Of a stretch of DNA of 64,000 nt, positions 9,908 to 20,270 are shown one piece after another (positions within the stretch are counted from its first letter, which is position 1; every line of letters begins with the position of its first letter). The notes under the pieces are model-generated. The model did no database searches, was not told the DNA's origin, and worked only from the letters and a program-made list of their open reading frames with translations. The stretch is taken from assembly GCA_964471825.1 (NCBI GenBank), contig CAYYKD010000003.1, forward strand, positions 69,601 to 133,600, written 5' to 3'. Source of the stretch: an uncultured Spirochaetales bacterium. GTDB lineage: Bacteria; Spirochaetota; GWE2-31-10; CAYYKD01. The position numbers and the translations under genes are program-made.

Positions 9908-10795
9908 CTACAGCTTCTCTATTTCCTTTATCGATAGACCTGTAGCTTTTGAGATAATATCACTTGATACACCAAGTTTTTTAAAATTTCTTGCATCTTC
10001 AAGTTTACCTTTTTCTATCCCTTTTTCAATACCCTTTTCTGTAAAATAGGCTTCTAATGTCAACAATTTACTACCTCCTTCAGAGTTCTGTTTTTGTACT
10101 ATTTCAATTATTTGGTCTTCATTTAAGTTTTTAGTTAAGAAAATATATATCAAAAACAACTCTAATGTCTGAAAATTATTTAAAAGACCCAGTGTATTAA
10201 GGTTAGTTATGATTTTATTTACCGAATCAAGATCATCCTGACGAAATGCCGTTTTTAGAGCTATCATTGATGAAGATAGTAAAAGATTTTTGTGAAATGC
10301 ATCGCTGTTCTCTATATTAAAATTAATTGTATCATATAGAATATAACGAAAATTCAATAATAAGTTCTTTATAGAATCATCTACACTGAAAATGTTAGAA
10401 AATTCGCTTGGAATATCCCATTTTTCAGTGCCATGATAAAAGACTATAGGTATTATCAGTCGAAAATCCTTTTTGTCAGAAAAGTCGCGTTCAAACATAG
10501 AGTATGTGTAGGACAGTATCTGTAAGAAAAGAGCATTTGTATCGGGAAGGTAGGATTTGTGTTCAACAAGGATAAAAATATCGATATTCTTATCATCAAG
10601 TTTTGATTTAATTACAACATCAGAAAAAAATTCTTTAAATCGGGTTTGAATATATGAAGTGTCATCAAATTCAAGGTTTTTAAAATCAAGTTTTGATGAA
10701 ATATTAGAAGGTAGTGTTTCAAGCAAAAAATCCCTTGCATTATCGGGATTTTTAATAATGTTAACAAAGAAATCATTGTGTAAATTTTTTTCCAT
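9908..10795 (-). CDS. Rpn-family recombination-promoting nuclease / putative transposase (PD-(D/E)XK superfamily)
   Basis: ILVEHKSY core and PIVFYHGTEKWDIP, plus a C-terminal ...KATGLSIKEIEKL tail typical of the Rpn/YhgA-like family. Very AT-rich gene. Confidence 0.6.
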   Translation of the reverse strand: MEKNLHNDFFVNIIKNPDNARDFLLETLPSNISSKLDFKNLEFDDTSYIQTRFKEFFSDVVIKSKLDDKNIDIFILVEHKSYLPDTNALFLQILSYTYSMFERDFSDKKDFRLIIPIVFYHGTEKWDIPSEFSNIFSVDDSIKNLLLNFRYILYDTINFNIENSDAFHKNLLLSSSMIALKTAFRQDDLDSVNKIITNLNTLGLLNNFQTLELFLIYIFLTKNLNEDQIIEIVQKQNSEGGSKLLTLEAYFTEKGIEKGIEKGKLEDARNFKKLGVSSDIISKATGLSIKEIEKL

Positions 10796-10981
10796 GTTTA
10801 TATAATATAAAAAACTATACTAAATGTCAATTTTTAATAACTATGAAAGACACTTTTTTTAATAATATCACGCAACCAGGATTATTCAGATTGTTATTCT
10901 ATACTTTTATTTTGTTTCTTCAGAGGCTCTATAGAGTAGATTTAACAGAATAAAAGTTAAAACTTATTAACGCTTATTGAT

Positions 10982-13900
10982 TTGACATATATTTATAATT
11001 TTGATATAAAAGAACTAGGATTGTATAATTTTGGAGCGTTGATGGACAATAGCTGTTATGACAACTTGTTTGAAAGATCAAATGCTGCATATGCAGTGAT
11101 CGACCTCAAATCAAAGACCTATGAATACACTAATAGGTTGTTTTATAAAATCTTTAAGGTAAAAGCAAACAACTCAATTATAGACAATAAACTTCTACCG
11201 ATAGACAATGTGTCAGTGCCTGATATAGATACACTTAAAAAAAAGATCATAAGGGTAAAATTTAATCATTTTAAAAAAAATTGCATATTACTCGGTAGGT
11301 TTCTGTCAAAACGAAAACTGCTTATAAAGTTTAATTTTGTTAAGGATCAGGAAACTAATAAGTTTATCTCATTATTGAAGATTACAAGGCAAATATCAGA
11401 GTCAAAAAATAATAGGCACCTATACTCAAGGATTATGGATCATGTTCATGAACTTAGCGGTTCATCATATTCATTTCTAAACCTCTACACAAGCAATTCT
11501 GAGTACTACAAAACGGTTGCAATGTCCGGTCCGTCAAAGACTATAAGCAGAGCATTAAAACTAGTAGGGATTGACCTTTCAACAAAGCTGTGGAGTACTG
11601 ATCACTTCAAGTTTGAGGCGATCAAGAAACGACCTACCGTCTTCTTTAGGACTTTGACTGATCTCTCACATAAAACGCTCCCTGTTACAGTTACAAGGCT
11701 ATTAGAGAAATCATTTAATCTTGGTATTGTGGTAATTATGCGGCTTCAATTTAACGAAAAACTCATTGGAGATATAACACTGATATTTAAAAAAGGAAAA
11801 CTTCTCAGGAATAGATTAAAACTTGAGTTGTTCTCTAATATTTTTGGGACAACAACAGGTCAAAACATTCTAAACAAACAGATAGCCTATGATCTGTCAA
11901 AGTTAAATATAATTCTTGACTCTGCAGGTGATGGAATCCTTGGAATAGATGAAAAAGGCAATCATACATTTGTCAATAATAAAGCATCTGAGATACTGGG
12001 ATTTACAAAGAGTGAACTAATCGGTAAGAATAGCCATGCTCTATGGCACCATCACAGAAAAGATAATACGGTATTTAAAGATGCCGATTGCCCAATCTAC
12101 AAATCTATCAATGAGAATAGACCGGTATTTATGGAAGACTACTTTATAAAAAAGAACAACAAGTTTGTAAATGTTGAGTTTTCATGCGTGCCTTATATCG
12201 ATAATGAAGATAGAAAGGGGGGTGTTTTAATTTTTCGTGATATAACAGAGAAAAAATTTATTGCCGATCGGCTGCAAAAAAGTGAGGAGAGATTAAAACT
12301 TGCAACATGGGGTACAAATGTAGGGATCTGGGATTACTATATAGACGATGATAGGCTGATCTGGGATGATAAGATGTTTGAGCTTTTTGGTGTTGATACA
12401 GCAAATTTTTCTCACAACTTTAAATCATGGCAAGATAGAATCCGCCCTGATGCATTAGAGCAGGCACTCAGTCAATTTCGTACAGCTCTCAAAGAAGACA
12501 AAAAATTCTATATTGAATTCCCTATTATTACTGAAAATGGTGAAGAGAGATACCTGGCAGGAGCGGGACTTCCTGTTAAAGACACAAAAGGTAAACCGAT
12601 CAGGGTTGTCGGCATCAACTATGATATCACAAATAGAAAGGCCGATGAACAGGAGCTGATCAAATCGAAGGAGATTGCAATCCAGGCAAACTATGCAAAG
12701 AGCAGATTCCTTGCGAATATGAGTCATGAGATTAGAACTCCTATGAATGGAATAGTCGGATTCCTACAACTTATGGAGGACACTCCGCTTGATGACAATC
12801 AAAGAGAGTTCTTGAAAAATATGCAGATCTCATCTGATATACTCCTCTCTGTAATTAACGATATACTAGATATCTCTAAGATCGAGGCAGGTAAGATTAC
12901 TCTCGAGAACATTAATTTTAATCTGAGATCGACAATTGATACAACTCTTGATCTCTTTGAAACTAAAGCTAAATCAAAAAACTTAAATCTTATTTTAAAG
13001 ACTCATCCTGAATTGCCTGAGTTTGTCACCGGTGATCCGACAAGGCTTAGACAGGTTCTGTCTAATTTGATAAGCAATGCTATTAAGTTTACAGACTCCG
13101 GAACTGTTCAAGTTGAGGTCTGTCCTGTAATAGATGTTAATGAAAACTATGATTGTTCAGATAATAATAATAGTGATCAGGGTAAAGCTGATATGGTGTT
13201 ATTTAAAATTACTGATACAGGAATTGGACTCAACCCTGAACAAATAGAAAACCTTTTCAAACCATTTGTGCAGGGCGATATCTCATCTACCAGAAAATAT
13301 GGCGGTACAGGATTGGGACTTGCAATTTCTAAGAACCTTGTTCAGCTCATGGGTGGTGAGATAAGTGTTGAGAGTGGGCTAAATAGAGGTTCAACATTCT
13401 ACTTTACGGCATTATTTCAGAAGTCAGCGACAAGATTAAACTATGAACTTGACGAGTCAGCCTTACGAGGAAAAACAGTCATGCTGGTAGATTACAATAC
13501 AGTTAATCTAAAACTTACAGCATCATATATTAAAGATCAAGGCTGCACGATTCATACCTTAGAGAATATCTCAGATGCAAATAAACTATTATCAGATCTA
13601 AATAGAACAGGCTCAAATGTAGATATTTTTATGATTGACAAGTATTTTATTGACTTTGATCCGGATGGTTTCAATGTTTTAAACAAGTATCTGAATGATA
13701 TGGGGATTTCTTCAATAGTTTTAACTGTAAGCGGCGTTATTGGCGACGGTCTTGTCGCATCAAACTACGGATTTGATGCATACCTCACTAAGCCCTATAC
13801 TAAGCAATCACTGATTGGTGTACTATCTCTTGTTCTTAAAAATACAGAGCAAAACAAAACCGGCCTAATTACCAAACACACCTTAAATGAAGTAATTCAG

Positions 13901-14275
13901 CATAAACAAAAGAGGGTGCTGATAGTAGAACAAGATGCAGGTATTTTCAATACAATTGAAAAGGCACTAAAAACGATTGGTGTAAAATCCGAATCTCTAA
14001 GTGAATGTTCAAGTGCTTTAAACTCAATAAACAAAACTAAGTATGATCTAATTGTAATAGACTGTCTTATGCCCGAAAAAAGTTACTGTGAAACTGCTTT
14101 AAAAATAACAAAAACAAACGGCCCGAATAAGGAGACGCCTGTTCTTCTTATTAAACGCAGTATTAAGCAGGCAGATTGCCCAATTCCTAATATTTATGAG
14201 AGTCTGATAATCCCTATTGAGCAGGATATGATACAAGAAGTTGTAAATAGGATCTTAAACACTTCAAATAGTTAG
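10982..14275 (+). CDS. Hybrid sensor histidine kinase with multiple PAS domains, HisKA/HATPase_c and C-terminal receiver-like domains
   Basis: H-box [15 protein letters not shown]. ATPase G-boxes TDTGIGL / [14 protein letters not shown]-like repeats. D-containing receiver segment [11 protein letters not shown] likely true ATG start is at 11042 (MDNSCYDN...). Confidence 0.75.
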   Translation: MTYIYNFDIKELGLYNFGALMDNSCYDNLFERSNAAYAVIDLKSKTYEYTNRLFYKIFKVKANNSIIDNKLLPIDNVSVPDIDTLKKKIIRVKFNHFKKNCILLGRFLSKRKLLIKFNFVKDQETNKFISLLKITRQISESKNNRHLYSRIMDHVHELSGSSYSFLNLYTSNSEYYKTVAMSGPSKTISRALKLVGIDLSTKLWSTDHFKFEAIKKRPTVFFRTLTDLSHKTLPVTVTRLLEKSFNLGIVVIMRLQFNEKLIGDITLIFKKGKLLRNRLKLELFSNIFGTTTGQNILNKQIAYDLSKLNIILDSAGDGILGIDEKGNHTFVNNKASEILGFTKSELIGKNSHALWHHHRKDNTVFKDADCPIYKSINENRPVFMEDYFIKKNNKFVNVEFSCVPYIDNEDRKGGVLIFRDITEKKFIADRLQKSEERLKLATWGTNVGIWDYYIDDDRLIWDDKMFELFGVDTANFSHNFKSWQDRIRPDALEQALSQFRTALKEDKKFYIEFPIITENGEERYLAGAGLPVKDTKGKPIRVVGINYDITNRKADEQELIKSKEIAIQANYAKSRFLANMSHEIRTPMNGIVGFLQLMEDTPLDDNQREFLKNMQISSDILLSVINDILDISKIEAGKITLENINFNLRSTIDTTLDLFETKAKSKNLNLILKTHPELPEFVTGDPTRLRQVLSNLISNAIKFTDSGTVQVEVCPVIDVNENYDCSDNNNSDQGKADMVLFKITDTGIGLNPEQIENLFKPFVQGDISSTRKYGGTGLGLAISKNLVQLMGGEISVESGLNRGSTFYFTALFQKSATRLNYELDESALRGKTVMLVDYNTVNLKLTASYIKDQGCTIHTLENISDANKLLSDLNRTGSNVDIFMIDKYFIDFDPDGFNVLNKYLNDMGISSIVLTVSGVIGDGLVASNYGFDAYLTKPYTKQSLIGVLSLVLKNTEQNKTGLITKHTLNEVIQHKQKRVLIVEQDAGIFNTIEKALKTIGVKSESLSECSSALNSINKTKYDLIVIDCLMPEKSYCETALKITKTNGPNKETPVLLIKRSIKQADCPIPNIYESLIIPIEQDMIQEVVNRILNTSNS

Positions 14276-14342
14276 TCCGGCTAAAAGTCTGGCTAAAAGA
14301 ACCTCATGGAAAAAATTCAAAATTTATTTTTTCGGGGAAGCT

Positions 14343-15512
14343 CTACCAGAGTGAAAATTTTAATAATCGTCCCTCAATTGGTCCGTTATAGACGGTCTTT
14401 TTAAAGTTTGTACGAAGTCCAATCTGTTTTGCCGCCTGAAGATCTCCTGAAAAAACAAAGGCATCCGAATTTTTTGCCTGCTTTTTAAAGAAGTCTCCAA
14501 GAGATTTGTGAAATACCGTAGGGTCATCCAATTTCATCCGCTCACCATAGGGAGGATTTGTAATAATATGATATCCCTCAAAAACTCTTGTCTCGGTTGT
14601 AAAGTTACCTCTCTCCACCATTATACATCCATCAAGACCTGCTCTGGCGATGTTACTCTTTGCAATGTTCACATTTGTAAGATCTGCATCATACCCGTTT
14701 ATAGGAAGATCTATAGTTTTAATTTTTTTCTTTAGATTCTCCTTGGCTCTAAGGTAGAGATCGTTGTCATAACCTATCCACTTCTGAAATGAAAAAGTTC
14801 TGTTTAAATTTGGGGGGATATTACCGGATATCATTGCAGCCTCAATAAGAAAAGTTCCGGATCCGCACATGGGGTCAAGCAATGGACGGCTTCCATCATA
14901 ACCGCTTAGTATCAACAGACCTGCAGCGAGATCCTCCTTAATTGGTGCCTCCCCTTTTTCAAGTCTATATCCTCGTTTAAAAAGCGGTTCTCCGGAAGAG
15001 TCTATATAGATCGTAACCCTTCTTCCATTTAAATAGGCAACAATTCGTATGTCAGGATTATCCTTTACAACTGTTGGTCTTGCTCCATCATTTACATTCA
15101 TAAAGGTATCTACAATTGCATCTTTGATTCTATGTGTAACAAACTGTGAGTTCCTTAAAAAATTAGATCCGCCCTTAACATCTACTCTAAATGTCTTATC
15201 CACAGTGAATAATCTGTGCCAGTTTATCTTCTTTGCTCTAAAATAGAGGTTGTCATAGTCGCCTACACTAAACTCCTTAATAGCCCTTAGAATCATAGTT
15301 GCCGAACGAAGGCTCATATTTAAACTGTATAGCGTACTCTGATCACAGTTAAATTTTATTGTATTGTGAAGCCTTTCTAATATTGTAGCTCCTGAGTTCG
15401 CCAGTTCAGTCTCTAACGCTTCCTCAATCCCGGTCTGACAGATAGCAGCATAAAACTCCTTATCGTTGTCTAATTCTTCACCTATATTAGGATTTTCATT
15501 TTTATCACTCAT
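14343..15512 (-). CDS. THUMP-domain class I SAM-dependent RNA methyltransferase (RlmL/RlmK-like, 23S rRNA m2G)
   Basis: N-terminal THUMP-like region, SAM-binding LDPMCGSGTFLIEA and catalytic NPPYG motif (IITNPPYGERM). Confidence 0.65.
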   Translation of the reverse strand: MSDKNENPNIGEELDNDKEFYAAICQTGIEEALETELANSGATILERLHNTIKFNCDQSTLYSLNMSLRSATMILRAIKEFSVGDYDNLYFRAKKINWHRLFTVDKTFRVDVKGGSNFLRNSQFVTHRIKDAIVDTFMNVNDGARPTVVKDNPDIRIVAYLNGRRVTIYIDSSGEPLFKRGYRLEKGEAPIKEDLAAGLLILSGYDGSRPLLDPMCGSGTFLIEAAMISGNIPPNLNRTFSFQKWIGYDNDLYLRAKENLKKKIKTIDLPINGYDADLTNVNIAKSNIARAGLDGCIMVERGNFTTETRVFEGYHIITNPPYGERMKLDDPTVFHKSLGDFFKKQAKNSDAFVFSGDLQAAKQIGLRTNFKKTVYNGPIEGRLLKFSLW

Positions 15513-16027
15513 ATTATTCCCTTATTACGATTTTTTATAAATATTACTTTTAATCTACGGTAAAATTTCTGAAACAGTAGTGCTGCTGGCCCCAGAAACA
15601 TGAAAACAAAGAACCCGACATTGTTATTTATTACTTCAATTGGATTAAGACTTGAATATAATTCGAGTAAAGACATACTCTTTATAAAAAAGGAGAACAA
15701 AGGAAAGAATAAAATTAAAAATAGGCTGTCATAAATCTTACATTTGAAAAATACGCTTCTAACGAGAAGTATTAAAATGATCAATATGAACGGTATAAAA
15801 AAGGCTAAGAATATTATTAGATCAGGCATGTAGCCAATTATAAGAGGAATGAAACTTTCTGAACCTCTATTTTCCAGATTAGACACCGGGTGTTTTAATA
15901 TGTAAATTACAGCACTGACAATAGAAATAGTCAAATAGAAAATAAGTAGTTCCGGGTCAAGGTGCCGTTCATTATTTTTTATTGGTTCCGGTTTACTGTT
16001 CATATAGCCCTTCGTACAATCTCTCAA
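15509..16027 (-). CDS. Hypothetical integral membrane protein
   Basis: Several hydrophobic helices. No recognisable motif. Overlaps its neighbours by a few nt, suggesting an operon. Confidence 0.35.
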   Translation of the reverse strand: MRDCTKGYMNSKPEPIKNNERHLDPELLIFYLTISIVSAVIYILKHPVSNLENRGSESFIPLIIGYMPDLIIFLAFFIPFILIILILLVRSVFFKCKIYDSLFLILFFPLFSFFIKSMSLLELYSSLNPIEVINNNVGFFVFMFLGPAALLFQKFYRRLKVIFIKNRNKGII

Positions 16028-17477
16028 TATTATACAGCTCTATAGTGTCATCTCTAAAGTTTGAAAATACGAGAAGTTTGCCATCATTACTTATATCAAG
16101 TCCTGTAGGCTGATTACCGCCATAAAACTTGCATATAATTTTATTCATACTAAGATCAATAATCGATATCTCACCTGATCGGGGACTATTTAACAGATAA
16201 CTTTCAGGGTTGTTTGGGCCTCTTGATGAGACTATCAAAAAACGATCATCAGGTGTAATGTCAATTGTATTGGGATTATAGTCAACTTTCCATTTTTTGT
16301 CTATAGTAAAGTTTTCAGTATTGACCTCAAGGATCTCACTATAACTCATATCGCTAACGAAAACTTTTGGCAGTTTATTTGATTGAACAATATGACGCAT
16401 AGCAGAACCCTTTCTAACGATATACTTATCCTCTTTCCATGTGTCAGTTTGATACCTCGAAAATCTGCCCCCATCAAATGATGCAACAAACATCCATTTT
16501 CCGTCTGGCGAAAAAGCTAAACCGCGTGGTGCATCTGCAGTTTTAATTATCTTCTTTGACTCGCCATCGAGTAGGTCAATGAGTGACACATTGTTACTTC
16601 CCCAATTTGAAACTGCCAGAGTAGAATGAAACTCTGTCCATGCGATATATTTTGGCCATACACCACCGGTTTTAATTGATCTGATAAATTCAAGCTCAGG
16701 ATAACTAAATTCATGTATGTAACCTGTATTCATCTGAGACACAAAGAACCTATTTAATTGCTCTATAAATAATCCCTCTGCAAATCCAAGCTCTCTATTT
16801 CCATGGGGATTAAAAAGCTGTTTCTTCATAGTTAACTGTTTTAGATCAAAAACCTGAAATCCGAGATCAAATAGTAATGGGACAAATATGTACATATTAT
16901 CCGGTGAAAATAATACCTGCTTTGGTTGTTTTCCTGTCTTAAATACGCCAATCTGATCGATAGGCAAATTATGTTCTTTATGCTCAAAGTCGACCCGATT
17001 TATACCTGTATTAACAAATATCAGACATCTTTGATCAGGAAGACCTTTTCGTCTCAAGAATATATACTGTTTTCCATATTCAAGGTCAACATCTATTTTA
17101 CCGTTCCCAAGTAATATTCCATCATGAAGAATCTCAGAGTTCCCATTAATTACGCTAATTATCACAGGGAAACTATCTTTTTTAAGGTTAATATTTATTG
17201 TGAATTCTGTTCCCGCTTGCGGATTGTAATAAGTGTTAGATGACTCGATATAGCCCTCTCTCTCAACTCTTACCAGGATATTATCATTCTTAAGTTCAAA
17301 TCTTTTTTTATCACCAAACTCTTGTGTGTCGTGATCATTGATATAGACCTTTGCATCGGATGGCTCTACAACTATATTATAGATATAGTTCTTCCCAAAA
17401 TGAGTGTTGCCAATATCCTTACAGGATATCAGAAAAAGCATTATTAAAATAGATATAGTGAAATATATAAATCTCAA
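15993..17477 (-). CDS. Lipoprotein with PEGA-like domain and beta-propeller repeats
   Basis: Lipobox LFLISC. PEGA-like VVEPSDAKVYINDHDTQEFG. Repeated propeller-like blades with Gly/Trp/Asp-rich motifs. Confidence 0.4.
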   Translation of the reverse strand: MRFIYFTISILIMLFLISCKDIGNTHFGKNYIYNIVVEPSDAKVYINDHDTQEFGDKKRFELKNDNILVRVEREGYIESSNTYYNPQAGTEFTININLKKDSFPVIISVINGNSEILHDGILLGNGKIDVDLEYGKQYIFLRRKGLPDQRCLIFVNTGINRVDFEHKEHNLPIDQIGVFKTGKQPKQVLFSPDNMYIFVPLLFDLGFQVFDLKQLTMKKQLFNPHGNRELGFAEGLFIEQLNRFFVSQMNTGYIHEFSYPELEFIRSIKTGGVWPKYIAWTEFHSTLAVSNWGSNNVSLIDLLDGESKKIIKTADAPRGLAFSPDGKWMFVASFDGGRFSRYQTDTWKEDKYIVRKGSAMRHIVQSNKLPKVFVSDMSYSEILEVNTENFTIDKKWKVDYNPNTIDITPDDRFLIVSSRGPNNPESYLLNSPRSGEISIIDLSMNKIICKFYGGNQPTGLDISNDGKLLVFSNFRDDTIELYNIERLYEGLYEQ

Positions 17478-17484
17478 TTTCTGT

Positions 17485-17961
17485 CTATTCCTTAATTTCG
17501 TGAACTGTAATAAAGTATTTATTGTCTAATTTATCAATTGTGATATTATGGAAAACTCCAAAATCAGTGTTTTCCCAGACATTAAAGAATTTGATGCTAT
17601 ATGGTTTAGTCTTATTATTAAGCTCCATAATGTCATATTCTATATTGGTTAAATATCTTTTTTTAAAAAGATAATCATATTCTGCAACTATATTATCACG
17701 CCCAACAATCTGTTGAGATTTTGCACCCGTTTTTAGACCATATCGATTATAACCATAGCCGTAGACTGCATCATCACTATAACACGAGGCAATTGTTTCA
17801 TAATCTCTCTGTTTTATTGCAGCAATCAGGCGATTGTACAGCAAAATTATCTCCCCGTTAGTTTCCTCTTTTACAACAGGCTCATCTATTATTGCGGTCT
17901 TTTTATGAGCACATGATATAAGCAGAACAGCTATACTAAATATGAATACAATTTTTTTCAT
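17485..17961 (-). CDS. Hypothetical lipoprotein
   Basis: Signal peptide with lipobox VLLISC. 158 aa. Confidence 0.4.
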   Translation of the reverse strand: MKKIVFIFSIAVLLISCAHKKTAIIDEPVVKEETNGEIILLYNRLIAAIKQRDYETIASCYSDDAVYGYGYNRYGLKTGAKSQQIVGRDNIVAEYDYLFKKRYLTNIEYDIMELNNKTKPYSIKFFNVWENTDFGVFHNITIDKLDNKYFITVHEIKE

Positions 17962-18119
17962 CTAATTATTTCCTTGATATTACTGACAAAATATATATAA
18001 CAAAATATAAATAATAAATTATAAATCAATATACAATATTCTCAAATAAAAGTCAATTTAGACATTTATACCAAGTTAATATAGTTAAAAAAAAATGTCT
18101 TTCTTTAAACAAAAAATTC

Positions 18120-18148
18120 TTGACATTTGATTGTAAATATTGTATATA
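18120..18148 (+). promoter_or_regulatory. Sigma-70-like promoter for the tRNA-Thr/tRNA-Tyr transcript
   Basis: TTGACA (18120-18125), 17-nt spacer, TATATA (18143-18148), about 15 nt upstream of the tRNA-Thr 5' end. Confidence 0.4.
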
Positions 18149-18162
18149 TTCATAACCTTAAT

Positions 18163-18235
18163 GCTGGGTTAGCTCAATTGGCAGAGCAGCTGACTTGTAA
18201 TCAGCAGGTTGCGGGTTCAATTCCCATACCCAGCT
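18163..18235 (+). tRNA. tRNA-Thr (anticodon TGT)
   Basis: Cloverleaf read by hand. Acceptor GCTGGGT/ACCCAGC. Anticodon stem GCTGA/TCAGC with loop CTTGTAA. T-loop TTCAATT. One C·A mismatch in the T-stem. Confidence 0.7.
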
Positions 18236-18261
18236 ATGAACAATTTTGTTCATGTTTAAAC

Positions 18262-18344
18262 GGGAAGGTGGCCGAGTGGTCAATGGCAGCAGACTGTAAA
18301 TCTGTCGACTCACGTCTTCGGGGGTTCAAGTCCCTCTCTTCCCA
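18262..18344 (+). tRNA. tRNA-Tyr (anticodon GTA) with long variable arm
   Basis: Acceptor GGGAAGG/TCTTCCC. Anticodon loop CTGTAAA. Long variable arm. T-arm GGGGG-TTCAAGT-CCCTC. No encoded CCA. Confidence 0.75.
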
Positions 18345-18347
18345 CTG

Positions 18348-18389
18348 ACTCCTCTTCTTTAACTAGTTTAAAGTAAGAGGAGTTTTTTT
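18348..18389 (+). terminator. Rho-independent terminator after the tRNA pair
   Basis: 9-bp stem ACTCCTCTT ... AAGAGGAGT followed by TTTTTTT. Confidence 0.6.
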
Positions 18390-18478
18390 ATAAACAGGAA
18401 TTTATTTTGCTAAGTTATTTATGAAGGAGTGCTTCTAAATACCTTGAGTAATAACAACAGTATTAATAGGAAATATAT

Positions 18479-19051
18479 ATGAAACAGAGAGCGATGTACA
18501 TAATTAGCGGTAAACTTAAAGGCAGAAGGATAGAGTGCCCGCCGGGAGAGATTAGACCTATGACCGGGCTATGCAGAAAGGCACTATTTTCAATTCTTGG
18601 AGATCTAACCGGAAAGACTATGTTGGATCTATTCTCAGGCTCAGGTATAATTGCATTAGAGGGGATCTCTCATGGAATAGAAACAGCCGATCTGGTTGAA
18701 TTTGATTATAACAAGAAACCTGTGCTAACAAAGAACCTCTCGACATGCGGTATTGTTAATTCAAAAACCTTCTTTGGTGACGCTCTGGCTTTTTGCGAGA
18801 GAGCCGAAAAAAAATATGATCTCATAACTGCAGACCCGCCTTTTAAATACACTATGAAGGAAAGAATGGTAGAGGTTATAGGTATGAGAAGTCTATTGTC
18901 AGATAATGGGATTCTTATGATTCACATTACAAGTAAAGAAACCCTGCCTGAGAAGATCGGAGGTCTTCTACTGTATGATAGACGAAAATATGGCATAAAT
19001 GTTCTTTTGTTCTATAAAAAAGATGTTGGATGTATTGATAGTGTGAACTAA
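18479..19051 (+). CDS. rsmD: 16S rRNA (guanine966-N2)-methyltransferase RsmD
   Basis: LDLFSGSGIIALE SAM motif and catalytic DPPF (TADPPFKY). 190 aa. Confidence 0.7.
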   Translation: MKQRAMYIISGKLKGRRIECPPGEIRPMTGLCRKALFSILGDLTGKTMLDLFSGSGIIALEGISHGIETADLVEFDYNKKPVLTKNLSTCGIVNSKTFFGDALAFCERAEKKYDLITADPPFKYTMKERMVEVIGMRSLLSDNGILMIHITSKETLPEKIGGLLLYDRRKYGINVLLFYKKDVGCIDSVN

Positions 19052-19085
19052 TTATCTCTAATTCCCTTCTATTTGATTAATTCCT

Positions 19086-20270
19086 TTATATTTCATTTCT
19101 AATAACTATGGATAGCCCGGTAACCTCTTCAAAGGTCATGTCGGCAGTTAGAGACAATCGTACCCTTGCGGAATTTACAGGGACTGTTGGAGGTCTTATT
19201 GGGAGAGCGTAATAGCCGTTTGATTGAAGGAATTCTGCAAGATCAAGTGCCGACTTATCTGTTCCTGTAATTATTGGAGTTATCATGCTCCAATTTTCAT
19301 CACACTTAATAAGTTTAGGAGATCCGCCTGTTAAAATAGTTGAGATATTTTTTAGGTGGCACCGTTCAACTTGCATCTGCACTATTCTATCCAAAACGAA
19401 TCTTGTCCATGCTGTCTGTAAGGGTGAAATATTTGTTGAAAAGATCACTGATCGGCACTTATTAATTAATAGTTCTTTAACTTCGTTTTCGCATACGATA
19501 AATGCACCGGTAGAGGCTGCACTTTTCCCAAATGTACCGCCGATAATGTCAACCTTATCTATAATATTAAGCTCCTCACATAGACCAAGCCCCTGTTTAC
19601 CGTAGACACCAAAAGAGTGTGCCTCATCTACATAGAGAAGTGTATTATATTTCTTGCTTAACTCTGTTATTCTTACAAGATCAGGAATGTCGCCATCCAT
19701 ACTAAACAGGGATTCTGTAATTATCATGGCATTTTTTGCATTTCCTCTGTGTTTCTCAAGGATCAACTCCAGCTGTTCTATATCACCATGATTGAATCGA
19801 TAATACTCTGCCTTTGATAGGAGAATTCCGTCAATAATACTTGCGTGGTTAAGTTTGTCAGATAGGATCAGATCGCCCTTTTCCATCAATGGAGGAATAA
19901 TACCTGAGTTCATGTGATATCCGGAATTAAATATAAGTGCGGATTCGCGATTGTACAGCGAACTGATTTTTTGTTCGAGTTGATCATGTTCATCAAAATT
20001 ACCGGTTAGAAGTCTTGAGGAGGATGATCCAAAAGATGGGATAGACTCCATATCTAGGACGGTCTCTAGGAATTCTTTTCTTAATGAAGCGTTTGAGGCA
20101 ATTCCAAGATAATCGTTCGAGGAGAGATTTAGCATTGATCGACCCGATTTAACTATATATCTGCCCTCTCTCTTTTCAAATGAAGTTAACTGTCTTTTCC
20201 TTGATTGATCCTCGAGTTTTTTTAATTGATCCCGTAGCCTCTGATAAATTAAATTCTTTTCTGACCTCAT
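19086..20270 (-). CDS. bioF: 8-amino-7-oxononanoate synthase (BioF/KBL family, PLP-dependent)
   Basis: SNDYLGI and PLP-lysine region GGTFGKSAASTGAF. Its ORF overlaps the bioA 3' end by 95 nt, so the true start may be an internal Met. Confidence 0.7.
   Translation of the reverse strand: MRSEKNLIYQRLRDQLKKLEDQSRKRQLTSFEKREGRYIVKSGRSMLNLSSNDYLGIASNASLRKEFLETVLDMESIPSFGSSSSRLLTGNFDEHDQLEQKISSLYNRESALIFNSGYHMNSGIIPPLMEKGDLILSDKLNHASIIDGILLSKAEYYRFNHGDIEQLELILEKHRGNAKNAMIITESLFSMDGDIPDLVRITELSKKYNTLLYVDEAHSFGVYGKQGLGLCEELNIIDKVDIIGGTFGKSAASTGAFIVCENEVKELLINKCRSVIFSTNISPLQTAWTRFVLDRIVQMQVERCHLKNISTILTGGSPKLIKCDENWSMITPIITGTDKSALDLAEFLQSNGYYALPIRPPTVPVNSARVRLSLTADMTFEEVTGLSIVIRNEI

Noticed and set aside
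18127-18348. 73-aa ORF from the six-frame track
   Set aside because: It lies entirely over tRNA-Thr and tRNA-Tyr and their spacer, so it is a spurious ORF.
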